A DNA stretch of 64,000 bases. Source: Pseudomonadota bacterium. GTDB taxonomy: Bacteria > Pseudomonadota > Gammaproteobacteria > Pseudomonadales > Moraxellaceae. Each line of letters opens with the position of its first letter. Position 1 is the stretch's first letter. The stretch covers positions 1,631 to 65,630 of the forward strand of contig JAJZBU010000011.1 in assembly GCA_021851865.1 (NCBI GenBank). Direction: 5' to 3'. Of the stretch, positions 21,427-30,083 are shown one piece after another. The notes beneath the pieces are model-generated. The model searched no databases. It was not told the origin of the DNA and saw only the letters and a program-made list of their open reading frames with translations. Position numbers and translations under genes: made by a program.

Positions 21427-22916
21427 TGCAGGTCAGCCCGAGCAATGACGAGATTCTGGTCAATGTGACGCCGATGGAGACGCGTATCGCCCTGATCGAG
21501 AATGGCGTGGTGCACGAGCTCTATATCGAGCGCAGCTCACGCCGTGGCCTCGTCGGCAATATCTATCTCGGCCGCGTCGTGCGCGTGCTGCCGGGCATGC
21601 AGGCGGCTTTCGTCGACGTCGGTCTGGCGCGCACGGCCTTCATTCATGCCAGCGACTTGCAGGATGAGGTGACGCGCACGCACGAAGGCGTATCGCACCG
21701 GCCGATCCAGGAACTGCTGCATGAAGGCCAGGTGCTGACCGTGCAAGTGGTCAAGGACATGCTCGGTAGCAAGGGGGCGCGTCTCAGCGCCGACCTGTCG
21801 GTCGCTTCGCGCTATCTGGTCTTCATGCCCTATGCCAACAGCGCTGGGGTGTCGCAGCGCATCGAGGATGAACAGGAGCGTCTGCGCCTGCGCTCCATTC
21901 TCAATGACCTGCAGGCTGAGCTCGGCTGCGAGCGTGGCCAGTTCATCGTGCGCACGGCGGCGGAGGGTATCGCTGACGTCGATGAATTGCGCCGCGACAT
22001 GACGTATCTGCTCAAGCTCTGGGAGAAAATCCAACTGGACAGCGGCAGCGCCCAGGCGCCGGCCTGCATTTATGAAGATCTCCCGCTGTTTTGTCGCGCC
22101 GTCCGCGACCTCGATCGCGAGAGCATCGCCCGTATCCGTGTCGATTCGCGCGAGACCTATGCGCGTCTGCGCCAGTTCGCTCAGGCTCTAGTGCCAAGTG
22201 CCGCCGCCAAGCTCGAACATTATCCCGGGGAACGTCCCATCTTTGAGCTGCATGACGTCGAGGACGATCTGCAGAAGGCCCTGTCGCGCAAGGTACAGCT
22301 GAAGTCGGGGGGGTATCTGATCATCGATCAGACCGAGGCGATGACCACCATCGACGTCAACACCGGCTCTTTCGTCGGACATCGCTCTCTCGAAGACACC
22401 GTTTTCAAGACCAATCTCGAGGCGACCCAGGTCATCGCCCGGCAACTGCGGCTGCGCAACCTCGGTGGCATCATCATCATCGATTTCATCGATATGCAGG
22501 ACGCTTCGCATCGCAGTCATGTCCTGCGCATGCTCGAGCGTATGCTCGAGCGCGATCACGCCAAGACCAAGCTGACCCAGGTCTCTGATCTCGGCTTGGT
22601 CGAGATGACGCGCAAACGCAACCGCGAATCGCTCGAGCACGTCCTGTGCGAGAGCTGTCCGACCTGCGAAGGACGCGGCAGCATCAAGAGTGCCGAGACG
22701 GTGTGTAACGAGATCTTTCGCGAGATCATGCGCGAGGCGCGCGCCTATGATGCCGCCAATGCTTTTTTGGTCATCGCCAGCCAGCGCGTCATCGACCGCC
22801 TGCTCGACGAGGAGTCAGCGTCGGTCGCCGATCTCGAGGCCTTCATCCGTAAACCGATCCGGTTTCAGGTGGAGGCCATGTATGCCCAGGAGCATTACGA
22901 CGTCGTGTTGGTCTGA
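21423..22916 (+). CDS. rng: Ribonuclease G
   Basis: S1 domain (NIYLGRVVRVLPGMQAAFVDVG), RNase E/G catalytic core (IIIDFIDM), 497 aa with no long C-terminal scaffold. ATGA overlap with maf. The order mreBCD-maf-rng matches E. coli. Confidence 0.92.
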   Translation: MMQVSPSNDEILVNVTPMETRIALIENGVVHELYIERSSRRGLVGNIYLGRVVRVLPGMQAAFVDVGLARTAFIHASDLQDEVTRTHEGVSHRPIQELLHEGQVLTVQVVKDMLGSKGARLSADLSVASRYLVFMPYANSAGVSQRIEDEQERLRLRSILNDLQAELGCERGQFIVRTAAEGIADVDELRRDMTYLLKLWEKIQLDSGSAQAPACIYEDLPLFCRAVRDLDRESIARIRVDSRETYARLRQFAQALVPSAAAKLEHYPGERPIFELHDVEDDLQKALSRKVQLKSGGYLIIDQTEAMTTIDVNTGSFVGHRSLEDTVFKTNLEATQVIARQLRLRNLGGIIIIDFIDMQDASHRSHVLRMLERMLERDHAKTKLTQVSDLGLVEMTRKRNRESLEHVLCESCPTCEGRGSIKSAETVCNEIFREIMREARAYDAANAFLVIASQRVIDRLLDEESASVADLEAFIRKPIRFQVEAMYAQEHYDVVLV

Positions 22917-22922
22917 ACCGCC

Positions 22923-25900
22923 ATGGAGAGATCCCGCCTGTCCCGTCTGCTGCACGCACTCTGGCACCATCTGACGCAGCTGGCTTTGCTCCTGCTCATT
23001 CTGGTGGCCGCTTACGTCGCTCTGGGGCGGCAGTTGAGCGCCTTGATCAGTGAGCACAAGAATGATGTCGCCAGCCTCTTGTCCTGGCAGCTGGGCTGGC
23101 AGGTGCACATCGCGACCATGGACGGCGGCTGGCAGGGCATCAATGCGCGTTGGCGCTTGCGCGGCGTTAGTCTCGAAGACGCCGCCCACCACTGGCAGTA
23201 CCAGTTGCCCGAGGTGGAGGTCGAGCCGCAGATTTTGGCTTCGATCATCCATCGCGACCTGCGTCTGTCGTTGACCCTGCGTGGTGTCGATCTGCACGTG
23301 CAGCAGCACGCCGATGGTTCCTGGTTCATCGGCGAGTTCGCCGCCCTGCCGCAGAGCGATCCGCAACGTCTGCAAGCCTTGCGCGATTGGCTCTTGCGGC
23401 AACCGCAGCTGGTGCTGGCCGGACAGATCCACGTACAGCCATGGCAGCGACCTGAGCTGCAGATCGCCGGCATGCAACTACAAGTCTACGCCACAGGCGA
23501 TCTGCATGCCCTGCGCCTGCGCGCCGACCTGCGGTCGGCAGGTTTGCGCGGAGGGCTCGACCTGCGCGTGCATACCCGCGGCGAACCGGGCCTGGCGCAG
23601 TCCCATTACCAGGTTTATGCCCAGCTGCCGGCAGGGGATCTGAGCGCCTGGTGGCCGTCGCTGCCGGTTTGGTCCGGCTGGCAGCTGCAAGCTTGGCGCA
23701 GTGCCGGGGTGCAGATCTGGGGTGAGCATAGCGACGACCGTGATGACTGGCTGATGCGCGCGCAGAACGCGCATGTGACGGTGCGTGATCAAGGTCAGCC
23801 CCTCGCCCTGGCCCTGCCTTCGCTGCAGTTGCAGTGGCAGCGACGTGGCACCTTGCAGAGCCTGAGCTGGGGGGGGGGGCGCATCTTCCTGGTGCAGCAG
23901 GACCTGAGCATCGGGCCTTTGCAAGTGCAGTGGCAGGGGGCCGCGCTGCGGCTGGCGGTCGATCATGTCGCGCTGGCGCCCTTGGCGCAGGCCATCGCTC
24001 TTCTGCCAGAGGCGGGCGACGCCAAGTGGCAGTCGCTGTTGCGACGTGCGCCGCAGGGCTGGCTCGACGCTCTGGCGTTACGCATCGATCATGGACAGCT
24101 GCTCGCCTTGCGCGGACATGCGCACGCCCTGGGCTGGCGCGCCGATGGCGGCATGCCCGGTCTGCAAGGACTGGCCATAGAGTTCGCCAGCAATGCCGAA
24201 GAGGGCATGGCGCGCCTGCATCTCGAGCACGCGTTCTACGACGATCCGCAGCGTTTCCTGCAGGTCATCGCCGTCGATCACGGCGGCGCTCTGGTGCGCT
24301 GGTGGCAGGATCGTGATCTTGGCCTGCAGGTCGAGGTGCAGCATTTGCAGCTCGAGAATCAGGATCTGGCCCTCATCGGGCAGATCCATGTCGACGCCGG
24401 TGCGGCGCAGCGTCTTTCCCTGCGCCTGGCGTTGACGCGCGGCAACGCCGCCAACGCCTGGAAGTATCTGCCGCAGCCGATTCTCGGGCAGGGCACACTG
24501 GACTGGCTGCACACAGCGGTGCAGGCAGGGCGCGTAGCCTATGGTCGGGCCTTGTATGAGGGGAGCTGGTCGCCGACACAAAAAGGCCATCTGCTGGTCG
24601 CCCTGCAGATCGATCAGGGGCGTCTCAAGTTCGATCCGGCGTGGCCGGCGCTGACCGCATTGCAGGCGCAACTCCGTATCCACGATGACCAGATCGACCT
24701 GCTGCAGATCGACGCGCACTCACGCGCGCTGCATCTGGTCCAGGGGCAGGCGCACATCGACGCCGGGGCGCCGGAGGCCATGCTGCACGTCGAGGCCCCC
24801 GTCAATGCGACGTTGCAGGAAAGTTTGCGCTGGTTGCAGAAGACGCCCCTACAGACGACTCTCGCCAGCATTCCGCGCACTTTTGCCGGCCACGGTCCGC
24901 TGCAGGCGCACTTGCAGCTCGATCTTCCCTTGCGCCGATTGCAGCCCCAGGTGCATCTACAACTGCAGTTCATGGATGATGATCTGCTCCTGCAAGCCGC
25001 GCATCTGCCCTTGCGGCATGTGCAGGGCGCCCTGCTCTACGATTCCCAGGCGGGTCTGAGCGGTCAGTTCAATGCGCGTGTGCTCGAGCAGGCGACGCAC
25101 GCCGTGCTCACCACGGCGATGCACGCCCAGCGGCCGGTTTTTCATGTCGCCGTCACCGGTGCCGCCAGCGTCCACGCCCTGGCGCACTGGTGGCCGGGCT
25201 TGTGGTGGGAGAAGTTGTCGGGGACCTTTCCCTGGCAGGCGCAGATCATGATCTGGCCCGGCAGCAGTCACGCCGACACCCTGCAGTGGCAGAGCAGCCT
25301 GCAGGGGCTCGCTTCGCAATGGCCGGCGCCCCTGGCCAAGAGCGCCCACGAAAATCTACCCCTGCGTTTCGATAGCTCTTTGAATGCGCATCGCGGTTTC
25401 ATGAGCTTGGCTTTGGCGCAGCGTCTGGCGCTGGCCATGGTCGAAGAGCAGGGGCACATCGAGCGTGCCGCCTTGCGCCTCGGCAGCGGCAGTGTCGGGT
25501 GGCCGATGCAGGCCGGTCTCAGCGTGCAAGGGCACTGTCCTGAGTTCGATCTCGACGCCTGGAACGAGGTCTGGCATCACCTCGCCGCTACGCCCGGCGC
25601 CAGCGCCGGCATGCCGCTGTTGCGCGCCAATCTCGACGTCGATCAGGTGATCTATCAGGGTTACCAGTTCGATCACGTGCGCGCGCGCGTCGATCGCCAG
25701 GCGCACGCCTGGCATCTGCAGTGGGCCTCCGATCGTCTGACCGGAGAGGTGCATATGCCGGATGTCGCCGATCTGGCGCATCCGGTCAGTGTGCATCTGA
25801 CACATCTGTTCTTGCCTTTGCTGCAGGTGGCCGCGCCATCGTCCAGTGGACCGCCGACGTCACTGCCACCGCTTTTGATCGATGTCGATACCTTGCAGTT

Positions 25901-26711
25901 GCACGCCTATCCCGATTCCAGTGTGCACGCCCTGCTGCATCAGACGCAGGGCGTGTGGCAGGCCGACGACCTGCGCTGGAGTCTGCCGGGTCTACGCCTC
26001 CTCGGCCAGATGGGCTGGACGCCGGGGATGCGCACGCATTTCAAGGGCTATATGGAGAGCGATGACATTTCGCGAGTGTTTTCTTTGCTCGGGCGACCGC
26101 CGATCATCGACGCCGAGAAGGGCCGTCTCGATCTTGATCTGAACTGGCCGGGAGCGCCGTGGAACTTTCATGCCACCGCCCTGCGCGGGCAGGCGCAGTT
26201 GCTCATCCAGCGTGGGCGCATCCTGTCGGTCAGCAAGACCGCCTCGGTGTCGCGCGTCGTCGGTTTGTTCAGCTTTTCTGATCTTGGCCGGCGGCTCAGA
26301 CTCGATTTCAGCGATCTGACCGAAAAAGGGCTGGCCTTCGATCAATTCGACGCGCATATGCATTTGGCCGGGCCGGCGATGCAGGTGGATACCTTCCATC
26401 TCAAGGGGCCGGCGCTCAGCGCAGAAGGTCGCGGGCGCATGAATTTGGTCGATCACGGTATCGATCTGCAGATGGCGGTGACCGTGCCGGTGACGCGTGT
26501 TCTGCCCCTGGCCGCCGCCGTCGTCGCCGGACCTCTCGTCGGCGGGGCGGTGCTGGCGGCGCAGGCGGTGCTGAGCCATCCTCTGGCCAAACTGACTTCG
26601 GTGCGCTATCACCTCGGCGGCACCTGGGATGACCCACAAGTGCATCTGCTCGGCGACGGCGTGCAATGGCCGGTGTTGCCCGATTTTGACAAGCTCGAGA
26701 AGATGAAATAG
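22923..26711 (+). CDS. yhdP: YhdP-family (AsmA-like) large envelope-spanning protein
   Basis: 1262 aa with a single N-terminal TM anchor (LALLLLILVAAYVALG) and a long beta-rich body. Its position directly after rng matches E. coli yhdP. Confidence 0.8.
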   Translation: MERSRLSRLLHALWHHLTQLALLLLILVAAYVALGRQLSALISEHKNDVASLLSWQLGWQVHIATMDGGWQGINARWRLRGVSLEDAAHHWQYQLPEVEVEPQILASIIHRDLRLSLTLRGVDLHVQQHADGSWFIGEFAALPQSDPQRLQALRDWLLRQPQLVLAGQIHVQPWQRPELQIAGMQLQVYATGDLHALRLRADLRSAGLRGGLDLRVHTRGEPGLAQSHYQVYAQLPAGDLSAWWPSLPVWSGWQLQAWRSAGVQIWGEHSDDRDDWLMRAQNAHVTVRDQGQPLALALPSLQLQWQRRGTLQSLSWGGGRIFLVQQDLSIGPLQVQWQGAALRLAVDHVALAPLAQAIALLPEAGDAKWQSLLRRAPQGWLDALALRIDHGQLLALRGHAHALGWRADGGMPGLQGLAIEFASNAEEGMARLHLEHAFYDDPQRFLQVIAVDHGGALVRWWQDRDLGLQVEVQHLQLENQDLALIGQIHVDAGAAQRLSLRLALTRGNAANAWKYLPQPILGQGTLDWLHTAVQAGRVAYGRALYEGSWSPTQKGHLLVALQIDQGRLKFDPAWPALTALQAQLRIHDDQIDLLQIDAHSRALHLVQGQAHIDAGAPEAMLHVEAPVNATLQESLRWLQKTPLQTTLASIPRTFAGHGPLQAHLQLDLPLRRLQPQVHLQLQFMDDDLLLQAAHLPLRHVQGALLYDSQAGLSGQFNARVLEQATHAVLTTAMHAQRPVFHVAVTGAASVHALAHWWPGLWWEKLSGTFPWQAQIMIWPGSSHADTLQWQSSLQGLASQWPAPLAKSAHENLPLRFDSSLNAHRGFMSLALAQRLALAMVEEQGHIERAALRLGSGSVGWPMQAGLSVQGHCPEFDLDAWNEVWHHLAATPGASAGMPLLRANLDVDQVIYQGYQFDHVRARVDRQAHAWHLQWASDRLTGEVHMPDVADLAHPVSVHLTHLFLPLLQVAAPSSSGPPTSLPPLLIDVDTLQLHAYPDSSVHALLHQTQGVWQADDLRWSLPGLRLLGQMGWTPGMRTHFKGYMESDDISRVFSLLGRPPIIDAEKGRLDLDLNWPGAPWNFHATALRGQAQLLIQRGRILSVSKTASVSRVVGLFSFSDLGRRLRLDFSDLTEKGLAFDQFDAHMHLAGPAMQVDTFHLKGPALSAEGRGRMNLVDHGIDLQMAVTVPVTRVLPLAAAVVAGPLVGGAVLAAQAVLSHPLAKLTSVRYHLGGTWDDPQVHLLGDGVQWPVLPDFDKLEKMK

Positions 26712-26713
26712 TC

Positions 26714-27193
26714 ATGATGGCGGACGCATCCTGGAGCGAGGAGGAAACGCACTGGATGCGTTTAGCGCTCGCCGCGGCCAGTGACGCCGGCCGACGTGGC
26801 GAGGTGCCGGTCGGCGCGGTAATCGTGCGGCAGGGGCAACTGCTCGCCGTCGGCAGCAACAGTCCCGTCGGCGAATGTGACGCCAGCGCGCACGCCGAGA
26901 TCATGGCGCTGCGCGCGGCTGGCCGCAGTCTTGGCAACTATCGTCTGCCGGGGGCTTGCATGTATGTGACGCTGGAGCCTTGCACCATGTGTGTCGGCGC
27001 CCTCATCCATGCGCGTATCGACAGCCTCGTCTATGCGACTTCGGAGCCGCGCGCCGGTGCTCTCGTCAGTGCCCGTTCCTTGCTTGAAGACGGCTACTAC
27101 AACCACCGTTTCAGCTTTCGTGGTGGGTTGCTGGCGGCGGAGAGCCGCCAGTTGCTGCAGGACTTCTTCCGCCAGCGTCGCGGCTCAGCGTAG
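26714..27193 (+). CDS. tadA: tRNA adenosine(34) deaminase
   Basis: CDA zinc motifs HAE(IMAL) and PCTMCVGA; 159 aa. Confidence 0.92.
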   Translation: MMADASWSEEETHWMRLALAAASDAGRRGEVPVGAVIVRQGQLLAVGSNSPVGECDASAHAEIMALRAAGRSLGNYRLPGACMYVTLEPCTMCVGALIHARIDSLVYATSEPRAGALVSARSLLEDGYYNHRFSFRGGLLAAESRQLLQDFFRQRRGSA

Positions 27194-28594
27194 CGCCAGT
27201 CGGGTATTCGTGTCGTACTCGGGATGAGCGAGGAGCAAGGTGTCGTAATAGCGGCGTACTTCGCTGACATAGGCGAGCACCTGGCGGCTGTTCGGTGTGT
27301 AGCCATGCGCCAGATGGCGATACCAGCGCGGTTCGCCGAGTAAGGGCAGCTGCTCGCGCACATCCGCCCAGAGGTTGGGATTCTTGCCCAGGCGCGCGGT
27401 CAGGCGGCGCGCATCGTCGAGATGTCCGGGGCCCATGTTGTAGGCGGCGAGAGCCATCCAGGTGCGATCGGGTTCGCTGATCTGGGCCGGGAGGCCATCC
27501 ACCAGGTCGCGGAAATAGTCGCTGCCGGCACGAATGCTCTGGTGCGCGTTCTGGCGGTCGTGAACGCCGAGATCGGCAGCGGTCGAGGCGCTCAGCATCA
27601 TGATGCCGACGACGCCGGTCGGCGAAACCGCCGAACTGTTCCAGTGCGATTCCTGGTAGGCGATGGCCGCCAGCATGCGCCAATCGAGATGATTGGCGGC
27701 GGCGTAGCGCTTGAAGACGGGCTCCAGGCGCGGCAGGCGTTCGCTCATGTCATGGCCAAAGTCGATGGCCCCGAGTTCATCGAAGTGCGGCTGAGGGCCG
27801 TAGACGGCGAGCAGGCGCTGCAGCGATCCGTCTTTTTCTTCCTGCATCAAAAAGGACTGCGCCTGCTGATAGAGGCTGTTGTTTCCGCCTGGAAAGGCCC
27901 AGGCTAGGTGCAGCCCCTGACTCAGGTCCATGACGATGTGCAGGCGCGGATGTAAGGTGTGGTGGCTGTCGAAGTCCATGGCGTCGACCAGGGCGTAGCG
28001 TCTCTCGGCCTGGTCGGCGAGGAGGAGCAGATCCTCCGTGCGCGCCAGCTCACTGGCGCGTTTGACATGCAGCTGCGGCACCATCTCCTGCAGCAGGGCG
28101 GCCGTCTCGGCCTCCGGCGAGTGGGCGCGCACGATCAGTGTCGCACCGCTCAGATCATTCGTCTGCGGCAAGCGCGCGCCCTGACCGACGAGCTCGAGCT
28201 GAGTGTCCATATAGGGTCGGCTGATGCGCAAAGACGGCAGCTGGCGGTCCCCGACGGGAAGGCGGGTGAGGGCCATCTGGGCGGCATGGCGCTGCAGCAG
28301 ATCGAGAGCCTGGGCCGTATCGCGCGCCCAGACATAGTGAATCTGGACGCCAAGGTGACGGGCCCACAGCTGGGTGATCTCACCGGCGAAGCTCTGTTCA
28401 AGAAATTTTTGTGAGTCGACTCCATCGCTGGCGATGGCGACGACATCGATGACGCCACGCTGTCGCACACGCTGTAAGGGAGTGGTCGACGGGCGCAATG
28501 CCATCAAGGTACTACAGCACAGGATCGCGATGGCGAGGCGCACAGTCATGCGCGCGTACCACGGCGACAGGCTCGAGACGTCGCATCGAGACAT
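27185..28594 (-). CDS. mltF: Membrane-bound lytic murein transglycosylase F
   Basis: N-terminal solute-binding-like domain plus a C-terminal SLT domain with the catalytic ES motif (AIAYQESHWN). Signal/anchor peptide. The 3' end overlaps the tadA 3' end by 9 nt. Confidence 0.88.
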   Translation of the reverse strand: MSRCDVSSLSPWYARMTVRLAIAILCCSTLMALRPSTTPLQRVRQRGVIDVVAIASDGVDSQKFLEQSFAGEITQLWARHLGVQIHYVWARDTAQALDLLQRHAAQMALTRLPVGDRQLPSLRISRPYMDTQLELVGQGARLPQTNDLSGATLIVRAHSPEAETAALLQEMVPQLHVKRASELARTEDLLLLADQAERRYALVDAMDFDSHHTLHPRLHIVMDLSQGLHLAWAFPGGNNSLYQQAQSFLMQEEKDGSLQRLLAVYGPQPHFDELGAIDFGHDMSERLPRLEPVFKRYAAANHLDWRMLAAIAYQESHWNSSAVSPTGVVGIMMLSASTAADLGVHDRQNAHQSIRAGSDYFRDLVDGLPAQISEPDRTWMALAAYNMGPGHLDDARRLTARLGKNPNLWADVREQLPLLGEPRWYRHLAHGYTPNSRQVLAYVSEVRRYYDTLLLAHPEYDTNTRLALR

Positions 28595-28869
28595 CCTTCG
28601 CTTCCTCTCTAGGTTTACCGTTTATCAACCTCGGTGCAGTCGCCACCGGGGCCGTTTTACCGTTGGACCAAAGGGGTCGTTCGGAGCAGGTGCAGCTGCT
28701 GGCACGGCCTATACATGCCAGCGACCCGAAATCTACCCGGGTCGGGGGATAAAGTCCAGTTTTTCCGATGAATAGTTGGCACGATAGTGCTAGATTTGAA
28801 AATCAAACAACCCTGAACTAGGGTTATGAGGTGCCTCTTGGGCTCTATCGGATACAAGGAAACCAACTT

Positions 28870-30000
28870 ATGTCTGTGCGTCTGCGAATGGCTGTCGTTG
28901 TGACAGTGTTCATGCTCGTTGAGGTTGGGGTGACGGCTTGGGCCGGAGCAGGGGCTTTGTTGCCTATCCTGGTAGGGCTGGCCCTGACGGTGGTCGGTGT
29001 TGCCACTTGCCACGGCGTGTTGCTCGCCGCCCTGGGCGAGCCTCTGCGCTATCTGCGCGACAGTCTGGTGCAGGGGCGGATCGAGTCGCTCAGCGAACAC
29101 GCTTTGCCGGGCGACTTCGCCGCCTTGCTGCAAGCGATGAAGCAGGCACAGGCGCAAGCCGGGCAGAGGGACAGCGCTCTGCTCGACACCAGCGATCGAA
29201 TACGTGTACTTGCCGGTGAACTGGTCGGGGGCACCGATGAGTCGGTGCGTGGCGCCGAGCATCAGCGCATGGAGGCGGATGCCGCCGCGCAGGCGATCAG
29301 CCAGATGGCGGACACCATGCATCGTGTCACCAGCAACGCCAGTGGCGCCGCTGATGCGGCGCGGCGTGCTAACCAGGAGGCCTTGCAGGGGCAGCAGGTG
29401 GTCAATGGCGTCACTTCCTCCATTCATGCCCTGGCCTCCGAGGTCGAGCGGGCGGCGAGCGCCATGCAGACGCTCGAGGCCGATACCGGATCGATCGGCG
29501 CCATCCTTGAAGTCATTCGCGGCATCGCTGACCAGACCAATCTGCTCGCCCTCAATGCCGCCATCGAAGCGGCGCGTGCCGGTGAGCAGGGGCGTGGTTT
29601 TGCCGTCGTCGCCGATGAAGTGCGTACCCTGGCGCAGCGCACCCAGCAGGCGACGCAGGAGATCCATGAGATGATCGCCCGCCTGCAGACGGGATCGAGC
29701 AATGCCGCCAAGGTGATGGAGGAGGGGCGGCGACAGGCCGAGCTCAGTGTCGGCGAAGCCAATCGTGCCGGTGATTCGCTCAACAGCATCACCCAGGCCA
29801 TCGATTCGATCAGCCGCATGAATGAGGAGATCGCCGAGGCGGTGAAGCTGCAATCGGGTTCGGTCGATGTCGTCAATGGCAAGCTCGGGCGTATCGTCCA
29901 GCTCGCTGACGACGCCGGGCAACGTTCGCGTCAGCGTCAGCAGTTGTCGGATGCTCTGGCGCAGACGGCGAGTGAGCTTGGGCACACCCTGCATCCTTGA
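28870..30000 (+). CDS. Methyl-accepting chemotaxis protein with no periplasmic sensor domain
   Basis: Conserved MCP hairpin [39 protein letters not shown]. Two adjacent N-terminal TM helices with a loop of only a few residues. ATG 28870 (AGGA 9 nt upstream) is preferred over GTG 28831. Confidence 0.88.
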   Translation: MSVRLRMAVVVTVFMLVEVGVTAWAGAGALLPILVGLALTVVGVATCHGVLLAALGEPLRYLRDSLVQGRIESLSEHALPGDFAALLQAMKQAQAQAGQRDSALLDTSDRIRVLAGELVGGTDESVRGAEHQRMEADAAAQAISQMADTMHRVTSNASGAADAARRANQEALQGQQVVNGVTSSIHALASEVERAASAMQTLEADTGSIGAILEVIRGIADQTNLLALNAAIEAARAGEQGRGFAVVADEVRTLAQRTQQATQEIHEMIARLQTGSSNAAKVMEEGRRQAELSVGEANRAGDSLNSITQAIDSISRMNEEIAEAVKLQSGSVDVVNGKLGRIVQLADDAGQRSRQRQQLSDALAQTASELGHTLHP

Positions 30001-30026
30001 AAGCGGCGTCCTTTCCGTATCCACCC

Positions 30027-30057
30027 AGACCCTGCCCTTGCAGGGTCTCTTGCTTTA
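30027..30057 (+). terminator. Rho-independent terminator candidate after the MCP gene
   Basis: 9-bp perfect stem AGACCCTGC/GCAGGGTCT with loop CCTT, followed by the T-rich CTTGCTTTA, 27 nt after the stop. Confidence 0.55.
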
Positions 30058-30083
30058 TCATGTGAGTCTGATTTTTTGAGCGG

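Noticed and set aside
28750-28772. A sigma28 (FliA)-like pair TAAA ... CCGATGAA upstream of the MCP gene.
   Set aside because: The spacing between TAAA and the CCGAT element is about 10 nt rather than 15, so it does not fit the FliA promoter geometry.
28777-28791. A sigma54-like element TGGCAC-N-TGC upstream of the MCP gene.
   Set aside because: The GG to GC spacing is 9 nt instead of the strictly required 10, and the -12 element reads GTGCT rather than TTGCW. No enhancer-binding protein gene is nearby.
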